From assembly GCA_022813865.1 (NCBI GenBank), contig JALDZX010000010.1:372001-436000 (forward strand): DNA of 64,000 bases, given 5' to 3'. Shown in pieces: positions 33,148 to 47,078 of the stretch; the stretch's first letter is position 1, and every line of letters begins with the position of its first letter. The notes beneath the pieces were generated by a model. It searched no databases and had not been told where the DNA came from. It saw nothing but the letters and a program-made list of their open reading frames with translations. Made by a program: the position numbers and the translations under genes. The DNA comes from Xylographa opegraphella. Taxonomy: Eukaryota.

Positions 33148-35384
33148 GACTGTAAAGCCGAGAGGCAAGGAGAGAGGATGAACTCGAGAGATTATCTAGG
33201 GGAACTGTGAATAATGCTATCGCGAAAGAAAGTCTTGCTCAGAAATAGAGCTGAGTTTGGTTATGGCGGTTTGTAACGCAATGATGGAACCACTAGTGGC
33301 TCGACGCATCACCCGAACAGCCAGCCTGCCCGATTGGAACCGGAGCGGTGTAATGAAAAGGAGCTAAACAGCTGTTATTTTTGAGCATGATTGATTGATG
33401 AATACTACATTATTTGATTCACATTGAATTGATAATTGGCTTATTATTCAACACGTGTCAGGAATTCTGAAGATTTGTTCTCGAGCTTTAAATAAATAAC
33501 ATTGTTCTCTACTGTTAATTTTAAGCAACGACGTAAAACAACTGTTACAATGTGGCCAGTCACACTCTTCTGCTCCGAATTTGACCTTCCTACGGTATCA
33601 GGACAAGCTATTGCTACGTGGTAGCGCTCGCTACCAAGCTGCATATTGGACCATTCTTAGGTATATAAAATACCGGCCCGATGCTTCTCCTCCAATTGCC
33701 ACACCTCGGACAATCCGCAATGGAGATGTGGTTTAGAGCAAAGTCAACCACTGAAACAATCTAAAGACGACAGTACGAGGCTTGTTGCGTCTTTATACCA
33801 GCACGAAAGCTTTTTATCATCTCGCAGGCGCTGAAAATCCAGTGTGCCGCTAAGGTCGAAACACGTCATTCTATCAGGAAGTACCTATCTCAAAGTAGGA
33901 TGTCTCAAAGCCTGCTATCAAGCAGGAACATTCATGTGAAAGGCCGGTCGATGGTCCTTCCGAGGTGTTATCTTTTCGGCAAGGTATAGATAAATAAATA
34001 TGGACGTCCCCAAGACAATTGGTGCCCTCGAAAGCCATACCAACGTGGCTACCTTTCCAAGGCCACGGATAAGTCCGGCAACTACCAGAGCTCTCCATAC
34101 CAGTATGGAGATGAGGAAGAAGAGGCTTATCACAGCGGTAGATTCATACCAGGATTACCAAGAGGAAGAATAGAAGAAGAATAGAGATCACCAGGAAGAG
34201 CCAAAGGACCAAGAAGACGATTCAGTGGAGGCTCGCTATTCGGCAGATGTCATAGCTGCTGAGCGCTACATCTGCTACCAACCCCAGATTTCGGAGCGTT
34301 CCCTGTGGCCCTGTGGCCCTGTGGGGGCATGTTCACCTTCGAATACACCGCCAGCGCCCGTCAGTATGCGTACGGTAAAGCACGAGTTCGCGTTGCCCTA
34401 GACCATTCAACAACAACGTCAGCAGAATTTCTGCAATCCGAAGCCGTCAACAGACTTGAACCGATTTTCTCCTTCGTTCCACACAGCCTCGCGTTGCAGC
34501 GCGGAGAACGGCTCCCCCATGACCGGCACGCACTTTTTGCCGCCAGAGAGGTCGTCCGTGGTACTGTTGACGAAGCAGGCGGGGAGGTCTCGCCAGAAAG
34601 GGAAGTGGTGGCAGAGGCCTGCAAGCGTGTGGGGGGACAAGTCAGCCTGAGGGTTTGGTCTGGGGAGGTCGAACTAGAGCGTCAAGATGCATGGGGCCAT
34701 GGCGTTAGGACGAAGAGATTCACTACGGAAGTATGGAGCAAATAGTAACAGAGTAAAGTACGAAGGTGAGGTAGACTACAGTAGGAGCTCGAAGATGGGA
34801 CTAATAGCGCTAGTGGAAATTAGTCCTAGTGGCTGGGCTTGGCGTTTGAACACGACACAAAAATCGTCGTCTTGATCCACCGTTTCAATAGGTTATTTTC
34901 ATTGGCTTGGGCGTGAATTACTGTTCAAATTACAACACCGACATCTACGGCACTGCACTACTGTCCTGAGATAATTGACCTCAGGACTACTCTCATTGAT
35001 ACTTCCACTAAGGATAATATACAAATATGAGGACAGCGGAGCTGTTGGAGATCGAAAGTGCGAGGGCTAAATGCTTATCTGTTTCACCGGCATTCCATGA
35101 TGACTGCTTAATGGGCATTCAGATCACTTAGCTTACACTGTAGGTAGCGCTCTTGTCATCGTTAAATACAATATTGGTTGTTGCTTGCCGTTTTATGCTT
35201 GTGCCGCAAAACCGGATAACCGCAAAACCGTCTCGCAGCGTTTCGTTTCCATCGCGTGTTCTCTCAGTGAAACATGTGGATTATATATAAAATCCTCGAA
35301 GTGGAGCAAGCTTCGATATACTGTGAATTGCCTTTTATTACTTTGCAAAAGTGATAACTTTAAAATTATTTGCGCACTTAAAAA

Positions 35385-36465
35385 ATGATTGTGAAACGAA
35401 GCTTGGGCCTCGGTATTTTTACACAGTTGTCTACCTTATCTACCGCTGCTCTTTTGCCCCGGCAGCGTGAGTCGGAAACATCTTAGATGAAATTTCCCAC
35501 TGAAAATTTGATAGTCGCATATTCTGGGAACTACGCCATCGTCAATTGTGGTGCTGAGCGTACAGCTATCTTGCACACTTTGCTCGACGAAGTATACACC
35601 GCACTATTACCCGCAATCCAGGACGCGGAAAGTACTCGCGGTCCCGCTTTCCAAGCGTTCTTCAAGGATGCTGAGAATGGAGCCAAGGTATCCAATCTTC
35701 TAGCAAATGTCACCGAAGGCGCACCTGCATTTCCCCCAGCAGACAACATCTCCAAGGGCGCTCCCGTAATGTTCTGTTTGGCTAAAAGAGGAGAACTGGG
35801 AGGAAAAACCGCTACCGGAGCACCGTTTGATGCTTTCGACGAATGTGTCGGCAGTGTGGCTGCATCGTCTATGACCGGGACAAAATATATTGGCATTTGC
35901 CCAATTTTCTGGACATCACCCGAGCTTGTAACCTCGCCCCCGGCTCCACCTGCCAGCAACCAACCAGCGTCCAACTGCTTAAGTCTGAGCAGGAATAAGA
36001 GACAATTTAAAGGCACTGCAGGGGATCGCCACGGCGCTGCCTATCTAGCCCAGTACAAGGTTTGGGTCGTGCTCGAAGAGATTGTGCATTGTTACATCTA
36101 CGCGGCGTTTGGCCTTGGAAGCAGCTCGAAACCCCTTGATGTCTATGATGCTAATGCAGCTTTTGTATTATCGGCCCAAGACTCATTGCTCAATGCCCCC
36201 AGCTATGTCCTTTACGTTGCCAGTAAGTAATAGCAGTGCCGATGTTTCAATCAGAGCTCGGAGGATGATAGGCGAGCATGATAGCTGATAGTAGTCGACA
36301 GGCATTTATGGTCACTGCACCACCTTTCCTTCTTCGAATAGGCGCAAATTGCTCGATGCTGGGCCTGACATCGCAGCAAATCAACCTCCAAGTGAGTCAA
36401 ACCCGGCTTCTTTCGAGCCGTCAGTGGTGCAGAATGTCGCATTGAATGTTCCGGGAATTTCTTGA
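35385..36465 (+). CDS. Secreted zincin/M35 (deuterolysin)-like protein with EExxH instead of HExxH, 3 exons
   Basis: Signal-like exon 1 (MIVKRSLGLGIFTQLSTLSTAALLPRQ), introns 35468-35514 and about 36223-36301; AFQAFFK, IGICPIFW, VVLEEIVHCY, DVYD, SLLNAPSYVLYV. Confidence 0.7.
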
Positions 36466-37608
36466 GGTTGTCGGTCGAAGGGAGCGAAGATAGAAGAGAG
36501 GACCGCAGCTTGGGAGTCCACCACGAAGTCAAGGCCGGCCTACACGATTTCATTATTTCCATATATCATTTCAAGAGCCTAGAACTGTGAAGTAAATCTG
36601 CCACTGGGTACTGGTAACGTGAGTACTTCAAAACAAGCCTTTCTAAGCGTGGTTCCAACCGGACCTCTCAGTAGGGTCCAATACCTGCCACTCTGTTTAT
36701 TGAATTGGTCAACAGGACCAACTATGTGCATTCCTACGGCACTGGTCTCCGTCTCGGAAACAATAACGCCCAGTTTATATCGAAGCTTTTGGAAGATGTT
36801 ACCCAGCTTCTGAACCTGACACTGACGTTGACGGAGTACTGGGAGACATTGGGAGTCTTATTTCACATTTTCGAAGAACTATCGCCGCTGCTATTCCATA
36901 TCCCGATTCTGACCTACAACCTAGTTATTTGGACACAATTGAAACATCATTTGATCCATAAACGAGGGTTATTCAATACATACCTGTACTGCTAAATGCC
37001 TTTGTTTGTCGTGTCTGCATAAACAACTGCTTCCGTCAAGATACATGGTGATAATGAGACCGTCTCATTCATGCTGGAATAATGCCCTGTTCCAAATCGT
37101 GAGAGGAAGAGCCGTGCTCAAGTTCTCTTTAGCAGAATCTCGATTCCCCCCTCTCTCTGTATCTCTTTTTACTACATTGAATGTGATCTTCGGTGTATGC
37201 ATTAACTCGGGAGTCAAGGGATTACGAATTCTGCAAGGGATAGGGAAGAGACGTTACGGGAAAGGGTGAGCTTTTCACTCATCATTAAATACCGTGAGAA
37301 ACCAGAAAATCTGCGTATCACATGAATTTATAGCTTAAGGCTTTACAATCAGATATGAAAGGTTAATATCTAAACACTCAGCACTCGCGCGAGCCACACA
37401 CTTCCTTATACCAACCATCCACTATAACCCACTTCATTACTCCAGACTCAGAGGCCCACTTTTCACGAGATACAAGAGATGTTAGTAGAGGTAAGGAAGA
37501 CCCACATTGCCTATTACGCCGACTCCGAAGCAGAAGACCCCAAGCTCCCAAGTGAAACAGCATTTCGCCCGCATCAACCACCGAGCTGATACTGACCATC
37601 GTACACCC

Positions 37609-37986
37609 TCAAGCAAATCTCCTCACGACCGGATGCCCTACCATCCAAGCAGCCCGACGCGCTTCCGCTATAGCTTTGAGTTGCGCACGATGCTCGCTCA
37701 GACCATCATAGCGCGCTTGGGCCTCGTGGGCCGTTTGCACAGCTCGGGCGGTATCGATCCCGTTCCGGATCGATCCCGCCACGGCCATCCAAGCCGTGCG
37801 CGCGGCGAATTGAGCATATTGACATTCCTTGACTGCGGCCCATATTTCCACGTCTTCATTGCGGCGTTGACACACCTCGAGGTAGACGAGGCAGGTCGTG
37901 GTGTTGGCGCAGAGCCAGAGGAGCCCGTCGTACGAGGCCCAGATCTCGAGAGGACTTATCGTGCTTATTGGACTGGTGAAATTCAT
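37609..37986 (-). CDS. Small orphan protein (about 125 aa), Ala/Arg-rich, probably helical
   Basis: CACCATG start context after a C/A-rich leader; open frame to 37609; no recognised family. Confidence 0.4.
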   Translation of the reverse strand: MNFTSPISTISPLEIWASYDGLLWLCANTTTCLVYLEVCQRRNEDVEIWAAVKECQYAQFAARTAWMAVAGSIRNGIDTARAVQTAHEAQARYDGLSEHRAQLKAIAEARRAAWMVGHPVVRRFA

Positions 37987-38638
37987 GGTGGTGAAAAGAG
38001 GATCGATCTGGATCTTTGTAGTGGCGGTGCGATTAATTGGCGATATGTGGATGGTGGATGTCCTCAAGCTGATTTGGTAGTTGCAGCTGTGAGCCATAAA
38101 ATCAGATCAGTGGTGAGAGTTTTCACGGGTTTATGTATGATTTCGAAGGACACAGCCCTGACGAATAAGGGATAGCGACCAACAGAGCCGGAGCTGAACA
38201 GGCAGGTCTCAGAGCACAAAGCAAAGAAGGCAACAAGTCATTGTGGATCCATGGATCGAATTTTGCGCCTGCAAACAATGAATTGTAGCTGCATACTACG
38301 GAGTAATGAACACGAGATCGGACAATGCTCCCGTACTTGTTTGTCCTATGCAAGTGGTAAATCGGCAAGCCGGCACAACAAAGAACGAATACCAAGAAAT
38401 CGTTGAGTATCAGAAATTACAAAGAATCAATGATAGTCCGGACAATCATGATGATCTGCAAGTAGCTGAACGACAGAAGAACAACGACAAGCCACAGACA
38501 GGTACTCTCGGGTATTCTCGGGTATCCTCTTTGATTAGTATCAGCACGTTCTCGAACACCATCATAACAGTGCACCCTACGGACAGATCTTTATAAGCGA
38601 GAACTTCAATATACAATGTCACAATCGGAACTAGCAAC

Positions 38639-40314
38639 TTAAGCCTCGCCTTCAACCTCGAACGGACTTTTCAATTCGCCAAGACCATTCCCATCCTGGT
38701 CATTACCAAGGGGAACTCCGTTGCCCACTTCGTAGTCAATGGTGTTACTGGTTAGGATTCCAGTATCCTTCATAGTTGCTACTTTCCCTTCATCTCTACC
38801 TCGGCTGGGTGTATGTACACCCGGTTTTTCTTTGTGCGACGCTACTTCCAGAACGCTTAAGCTGCTATCTCCGGCTCTGGAATTTATGCCTATTCCAAGG
38901 AATTTCTTCGAAAGCTCTTGTTCCTGCTGCTCTTCTGTATCTCTTAGCCAGGGCACTTGGACACAGCGATTAACGAGCCTCTTCGTCGTTTCGTCAACGC
39001 CTCCAAAGTGCATCATTCCGACGCCACTACTGCTTGTCATCATGTAGAGTACTTTAAGGAGTTCTTCCCGTTTGTAGTGGCATTCCGGATTTCTGAGCTG
39101 TGTATGTGCAAGAAGCGGATAAAGGACACGAAGATAGGTATGTCGAAGAGCGCTTGATGTCAGTGGGAGATCGAGAAGGTTTCGAATCATGACGTCGACC
39201 AAGACGTGAAGATCGTTCGTGTAGAAGTACTCGTACGTGGCAGACGTAGTGAATAAGAGATAAAGGAGTTTAAGGATTAAAAGCTGAAGCGAGGTCTCGC
39301 TTTCGCGATTCAATACAAGTATGATATTCTCGCCAAAGGTCTTATATATTGAGCCACTTTCACATAGGACCTTTATGACTTTGTTTGGCACGGGGGGGTG
39401 AGTCTGTGAAGGTCCAGGGTCATGAGCAGAAACCATATACTGCTCATTAAGCACGAGCTGTAGTGGTTGTCAGTACAATCTGGCACAGTATCTTTGGAGT
39501 CGGCTGACATACTAGCACTCGTATGACAGGATAGTGGTACGGGTCGTTAGCATCATCGGACAAGCTCTCAATGACCTGGAGTAGATAAATGATAAACTCG
39601 TCCTCAATTAACACTAGTATTGTATCAGCGTTCTGAGTAGAAGATTCGGAAATTCTGGAATGTAGCGTGTACCCAGATCCTCTGTTCGTAATCGTTGTAT
39701 TCGTGACATTTCATAAAGTAGCTCCAGCAACATCCTGTGCAAAGCTGTATCTCCATCTTGCTTGGCTTGTACTAAGTCGAGCAGTCTTGAGAAACCTCCT
39801 TCGGCGCTCATCATCTCAAACGTTTCCTCATGTTGGCGGCCGTCGAAGAGTAGGAATGCGGCTAAGAGATGAAGTGTAGCTGCTGTGTCTTCCTGTTATC
39901 TTTCAGCTAATTCCTTGCGAACAAAGAATGATCCTCACCTGTAGTAGTCCATAGATGATCTGCCTACGCACATAGTCCTGGTGTGTCTTGAACACGGCCG
40001 ACTCCAACAGCTTATAGGAGCAGCTAGCGATGGCATACTCGCTTTGAAGGTATTCCTCTGGGTGCCATCAGCGTCCGTTTTCACTTGTTCAAAGAGCACA
40101 AAGTCGGACCTTTGTAGTTTGTTGTAAAGCTCAGGAAGGCTCTCAAAGTGTTGTCGATCAATTCATGAGTTGTGCAGTTCGCCGAGACAATTTCCTCAAG
40201 CTCTGGGAACGAGATTAGTGCGCGATCCTCTTTGCTCAAACCTGTGAAATCGGCTTACACACCATCCCAAAATTGCTGCTCGTTATCCAGAGAATATGAT
40301 ACCTCGAACTCCAT
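38639..40314 (-). CDS. LDB17: Ldb17/Dip1 (SPIN90/WISH family) Arp2/3 activator, multi-exon
   Basis: [91 protein letters not shown]. Confidence 0.9.
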
Positions 40315-40817
40315 TGCTCAGCATCTAAACAAGCTTGACAGGCTTGGCTCATTCGCAATAGCATGGTGTTCCTTAACCGCGGAATAGATTTTGAATGTTA
40401 AAAGACGTACATATGAGGCGATGGTGTGTCATTCAAACTCTCTGCTATGTATCATGGTATTCTCCTACGAGATCTCATGAAGATCCAGAACATCATAAAT
40501 TCAAGCATAAACCAGTGTAAATGCCAGCTACTTATGATCTTATCCTATTTAGACTCATGAATCTTGGTGTAGATGATGGGTTCAAGGCTACTTGTTTGAA
40601 CATCTACGAGCATATCCAAGAGGCTCAGCAGGTGTGACAGTAAGAGCAACTGAGTTCGCCAAACAGACCCAAGCTTGATGTCAACATCATCCAAGATATT
40701 GTCTGAGCAGCGCCGGTTATACAACAACGCAAAGTTAGGTCCGTACGGGCTCTACCTCCCAAGGTATATATACACTGGTTATAAACTCCTGCCATTGAAC
40801 CACAGCCTACATCTCTC

Positions 40818-43800
40818 TCACTTAGGCCGACTGAAAGGGTGAGCTTCAGTGTTCCTATATATGGATCAGTCCAAGATGAAAGCATACCAAAGGCACTGGG
40901 CACTCACAAAATGTAGTCATCGAGACTGACGGTGTCCGGTGTGCTAAATAGAAGATAATAGTATTTCAACGTTTCCGCAAGCCAGAAAGACTCCATCTCG
41001 TCCAAATGACGAGGCGAGTCACTTGTAACATCACCAATTGCGGAATATCCATACTCAACTCGCGTGTAGTTCTGGACTGCATTGAACATCCTCCAGCCCT
41101 TCTCTCGCCATGTCTCATCGCCTGTAACTCTGTACATTATAAACACGGACTCGATAGCTTCAGGTCTATAGCAGCTGTGGTTAGACAACGCAAAGCAGGG
41201 CAGTATTGAAAACTTTACCGAAGAAGATACTTTTTGCTTGAGAATTCTGTTATACCTCCAGGTATTTTTTCACCCTTGATTCTGTTCTGAACGTAGTCCT
41301 CATGAGGCGGGTATGGATCATAAACAGGCGATGGAACAGTCAAGGTAGCATCTACATCAGATTCGGTCTTTTGGGCGCCCAAGTTATTCTCCTCGCCGAT
41401 CGCAGCCTGGGTGTTTAGAGGATCATTATTCAATTTGCTTGAGACTTTTGAGACGGATGTAGGTAAGACGTTCTCAATTGCTCCCAGTTGCCGTTTTGCA
41501 AGTGGTCCACTTGTTGGCGCTGTCTCATCGACTGGAGCAACCCTTGTTGATGGTACAAGCGTTGTAAGTGGTTCGGCTAGAGACGACGTCTTTGCTGCCT
41601 GATCTGCTACCATAGCCAGTTGAGCCTGAGCCATTGCTTGGCGGTTCTGGTCCCGTAGTGATCTGTAAGGATCAAGCTCTTCATACCAACGTGTCTGATT
41701 CCATTTGCATTGGCTTCTGCTCTCACAAGGCATCATCTGGAACTCTTCTGCCATGATACCTGTTGTTGTTGCGTCATATGCCCAAACACACCCGTCTGTC
41801 AATTTTGCTGCAATGTCCAGGTCGGCCTCTCTGTTGAAGATTCTTGCGCCTACAGCATACATTCCACCAGCAAAGCAGAGAAGATGTTGTTGCTGTGGAC
41901 TGATCTGAGTATTGCCAGCGAGCTCGGGGCTCTCTGTGGCCGAGGCTCTTCCAAGCACGAGAATATTCTCCTCACCAGGGACCATCGGACGAAACAGAAG
42001 ATGTTTAGTCATTGCATCTGAAGCCAGACTGTACATGGTCTCGTACTGAGATACGAGACCACCTAGGAGCATGTATTGCTTTGGCAGATATTCATACACC
42101 GAGTCTGCCATGGCCCCTATCGTGAAGTCTTCCCTCCAAGAGCCGGGCGGAGAAGCAAGCCCTTGTGGTTCGCAGTCGACCTTGATAATAGGTGTCAAAC
42201 TTTGTCCAGTGCTTGAAGATGTGTCACTCAACTGCCCAGCTTCTACAACGGAAATACCGTCCCCTAACTTATCCATAGCAAGCTGTCGCTTTTGCAACGC
42301 TGGGCTGTCCTGAATGTCAATTTCCAAGGGCAGCTCCTCTACGGCTGAAGTTTTAGTGGTCTTGCTGATCCCTGCACCTGTTTTCACAGAGTCTAGCTTA
42401 CTGTCACCTACTTCGGAAACTACACTCACGAAAGGCGTTTCCTCAGCAGAACTTTTCGTTGCAGACAGTGTGGGTGATGTTTTAGCCAAACTTTCAACGG
42501 TGGAAAGAATCTTGTAAGAGTCTGGCGAAGCCGGATTCGCCACATTTCGACTCCCCGCCAGAACTGCATTAGGCATCACATTCTGATTTGGTCCGTCGTC
42601 CCCAATATGTTTGTGTTGGGCTGGACTTTGGTCTGGCTTCTTACAACCCGAAGCATCCACAAGTTGCGGCCATAGCCCTGGAAGCTTGGTGCTATTCTGC
42701 CAAGCTTCGAGCTCATTCGTGATCCGAGCTATCGCATCATAATACTTGGCCTGTTTGGTTATCTGTGCAAGCCTGGTGAATTCAAGTGACAGTGATCCTA
42801 ATTCAGCGAGGACAACTCTTGTGGAGGCGCGATGGGGTTGCGAGGCGAAAGTGCTAACAAGATTAGTTGGGTTTCATGCTGGGCCTGTGACTGCTCACGG
42901 TTTCCAAAAATAGTATGCAATAGGCATACGATTAGGAGTATCAAAAGCTCCCATCAATACATCAGCAAGCTCAACCGCCTTGGCAAGCAAAACTTTGTAT
43001 ATTCCTCCACTCAAGTCATGTGCGGCTATAAGACCTCCTAGATAACGAATTGTAGTTTCAAAAAGGGGTATGTCGGAACGAATGCTGGTCGTAAAGTCTA
43101 TCTCTCCAATTGCCATTGCAGCATGTTGAAACTCCTCTTCCATGCCCATAATCCATAAAGTGTCCAAGGCGTCGACCAGCGTCGCAGCCCATCCACAAAA
43201 TGGATTGCGGGAACTGCCTGAAACGGGTGAGAGCTCATCCTGAAGCCAAGACTGAGGCCTCTTGTATCCAGCCCATGAATGCTCAAAGGCTTCCTTGACG
43301 ATAGCAAGTTTCTTTTCTCGTTCGATGCGGGCAGGGGTAGATTCAGCACTGAAAACGTGCTGGATTTTTGGCATGGCCAATGGGCGACCTGTAGGAATTG
43401 GTATCACACTTTCCGACGGGATGGGGAAGTGCTCAGGTTGCTGAGCCCAGTGAATGGCAGGTATATTCTTGAGAGGTGCTGCTGGCTCATGTCTCCCCTG
43501 ACCTTCTTGCATAAGATGATCATTATTGGATTTGTGTGAACTCCCTACCTCAGGTATAGCCGTCGAGGCAGTCTCTGTTATTGGTGATGTATTCCCAATT
43601 TCGATGGATTTTGTTTCGGCAGCTGACTTCTGTGGTGGATGTGAGGAAGTGAATCTCGACGTCGGAGATTGCAGGGCTTGACTGGTAAGAGGAGCTGTAG
43701 TAGGAAGACTTGTGGTGGACAAGGAAGTTTTTTCTTCGACATGTAACAGTGCTGAGGCCCCCTCGGGAGTTGCAAGCGGAGTGACAAGGACGCCCACTTG

Positions 43801-43959
43801 ACCGGTACTTGTGCTTCGTTGTGGGCCATATTTTTTTAAGCCCTCCACGCTCGCCGTCCTTGCGGCTTCCCAATCTCGAACACTGGTGAAATGATATAGG
43901 ACTGCTACACTAAAGAGTGCGAAGACCAGGAACACTCGATAACGCCGAAATCGCAGCAT
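40818..43959 (-). CDS. GH47 class I alpha-1,2-mannosidase (type II membrane, with large low-complexity insertions)
   Basis: N-terminal [96 protein letters not shown]. Confidence 0.95.
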
Positions 43960-44540
43960 GGCTTCACACTCTTCGACGGGTACCCAGGATGTCGCGTGCT
44001 CTCGAAAGGGGCATAGGATTGCTCATATGTCCGGGGTGGTGTGTCCGTGCCACCGTATACAAGAGAGTAGCGCTACCATTTGGTATCTTTTCTGAGAATT
44101 GAACAGAACAGCAGGAGATGGGGTGAGGGAGAGGCATTGCAACCATCTCACTGCTGCTTCTATGGTGGATAAGTGCCAAGCAGCTTGGCATTCAATCCCC
44201 TGGCAGGAACGATCGAGTCGCGGGGGCAGAACCTAAAATCCGTTATGCGCAGATCTTTCTCGGGTACTGCCAGTGCCTCCCCCTATCACGAAGCGAACCG
44301 CTTTCATCCACTCCCCCCGCCTGGTTGCACGAGGCAGTGCAAGCCAAGGCACCCGCATTACCTGACAGAGCGCGATCACTGGGCTACTAATTGGATTTTG
44401 TGACCTTTACATGGTCGAGAATCTCTCTGGTAAACTATGATACGATCTTCTTGTCCAAGTTCACTGGTGATCGATGTTGCAAGATGTTGCGGCTCTACTG
44501 TCAATTTACTCTAAGCTACCTTTGAAGTGGTTTACAACTA

Positions 44541-46625
44541 TTAACCTTCGCCCTCACCAGGTCCAGGACCTTGTTGTCGACCCTATGTAGAATTAGTAAA
44601 CATATATAGAGAAATTCGTTCATGGGTAGTTCTACCATCTGTCTCGCTTTGAGCAATTCGTCGCAAAGAAGGAGGTTCGAAGCTATGCCTGAGCTAGACG
44701 CGATGCAATTTCTCAGAACACGGAAAGAATCATATACCCCAGCCTGGATGGGATCCATTGGTTCGCCTGTATTCAGATCTAGGCCAACAATATTACCATC
44801 AGCTTGCTCGTCCTGTAGTGCTGCCACTGTATTATGCGAAGTCAGTAAACCAACTTTATATGAACGTGCTCATTACTTACAGCTATCTTGTATGTCTAGG
44901 CCTGAGTTGGCAGCGAGTGTCTTTGGTATGATCAGGAGAGCGTCGGCAAATGCTGTAACACCGTACTGGGTCTTGCCTTTCACCCCTTTTCTGAATGCCT
45001 CACTGGAGAGCCGTGCTGCGCAGGCAATCTGAAAGGCTCCAGCACCAGGCACAACACTTTTGTCAATGATCATATTGTAGACACTGCGAAGACCATCCCG
45101 GACTGCATCGGTGATTTGGGTGATAGTATGAGCGTTGGGACCTTTGATGAGGAGAGTGACGGATTTTGGTTCTTTCACATCCTCCTGCTTGCGTCAGTGA
45201 ACTTCAAAAATTAAGTAGTTCCATTTAACAAACTATAAATGTGTACTTCTCCTCTCCAAGTTGGTGCTCATATACCAAGCCGGCCCAACCAAGAACATCA
45301 GGAGTAAGGTCGTCCACACTATTCTGAGCTGTTCCGCCGCAGACAAGCTGTAACCTTTCCATGTTCCTTCTCTTCGCTCTTCGAAGTGCAAATATGCCAT
45401 TTTTTACCAGCACATCCAAGCTTAAGGGATCTATGCCTTTTTGATTGATAATGACAAACCCCTTCTTGGGATCATTGCCACATACTTCCTTCTTCAACTC
45501 AACAATCTTTCGCAATTTCTCGTCAACAAATCTACGCTCGCTCTCAACAAGCTTCTCCCGTTGATCCGCACTTGAGTAGTAGAATCCTGAGTTGACCTCT
45601 GACTTTTCATATTCGAGGCTGACATTTAACGTTAGGATGTAGGCATTCTCGACTCGCTTTGGCATATCCGGATGCCTCGCACCGTGATCTAATGCCAATC
45701 CCTTAATGAGTGAGGTGTCTGAAGCGGTACGATGTTGCATCTTCATTATCTCAATCATATGGAGATCAGGTTTCGAAGGAGGATGATATATAGCGAGCAC
45801 GGCGTCCACTATTGCAGGCGTCAGCTTCTCGGCGAGAGCTCCGTCGAGTTTAGTGGATAAGGATGTTCGGGCCACGGAAAGTAGGAGTTCTCGGTCAACT
45901 TCTTTCTGCAATTTGAAGTCGTCAAGGAACTACAGGCACGGCTTAGCTGCGATGCCAGAGGTCTAGTCCCGGCGGCATACCTTAAGGGCCTCCGTTTTAG
46001 CAATTTCGTAGCCATCCGTTATTATTCGAGGATGCAGACCTTCGGAAATGTAACGGTCCGCTTGCTTCAGTAATTCTCCAACCATTAAGACGACCGAGGT
46101 GGTTCCATCTCCCGTTATGTCATCTTGCGCTGTGGCTGCTCGTGCGATCATGACCTAGACGAGTTAGCAGAGAGGTTCCATGGACTGAGAAGTAGCACAA
46201 ACAGCAGTCGGGTTTTGGATTTGCTATGCGCCTCGTTAGTGATGTTTCAGAAAAGTCTCACACATGTTTTCTTACCATCTCTCGAAGTAATACGTTTCCA
46301 TCTTTGGTCAATTTAATCTGATTTTGTATTAGATCTAGTGCAAAGCCTTCCGATGAATAGTAGACTCACGGAACCTGCACCATCAACCAGCCTAGTCCGT
46401 TATTAACGGCGTTCCACCACGAAGCTGGATGAAACAAACATTTTGATCGTTCCTCTAGGACCAAGGTTCGACTTTAGAACATCCTGTAGACCTTCTCCAG
46501 CACTGATGTTGACCTTGAGAGCCTCGCCACGGCGCTACAAGGAGATCAGTAACAGAGTGCAAATAAATGTAAATGTGCTTTACCCTCGATTCTGCCTTCG
46601 GGTTAAGCAGCTGAGTTGCGGACAT
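44541..46625 (-). CDS. CCT6: Chaperonin CCT/TRiC subunit zeta
   Basis: [68 protein letters not shown]; many short introns. Confidence 0.97.
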
Positions 46626-47078
46626 GATACAGGAAGTGCTCTAGTATTGAATATGAGTGAAAGAGAGCATTTAGTATCGTCCGTAGAAATACAACTCTGT
46701 CTGCGAAGAGATTCGTACACCTTAAAAATATTTTGGCTGAGGAGTCGCGTATCAGCAGGTACGGTTCAGTTGCGCGACGGACGCTAGGCTCTAGATCCTA
46801 CTCTAAGCGCTTGAGATACTCCGATTAGTCGTTTTAAAACCACAGCTTAAATTTCAATTCCTGCCGATTAATCCAAATACACTTGGAAGCAGGACCTGAG
46901 GCCGTTCCAGTGCTATCAACCATATTGTCGCCTCATTGCTTCCACTTAGGTACCAGTTTGGTTGCGACTGCTAGACTAAGGCAGCCGAAGGTCACACTGT
47001 CGTCAGTGAGCAGCATCTCTTACATATCATCTCAATCGAGCTCAAATTGGGGCCTTCAACATCCCGCTTTTCGCAACG
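46626..47078. promoter_or_regulatory. Divergent promoter region shared by CCT6 and NOP56
   Basis: About 450 bp between head-to-head ATGs; contains an A/T element AAAAATATTTT near 46724 loosely resembling RRPE. Confidence 0.4.
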
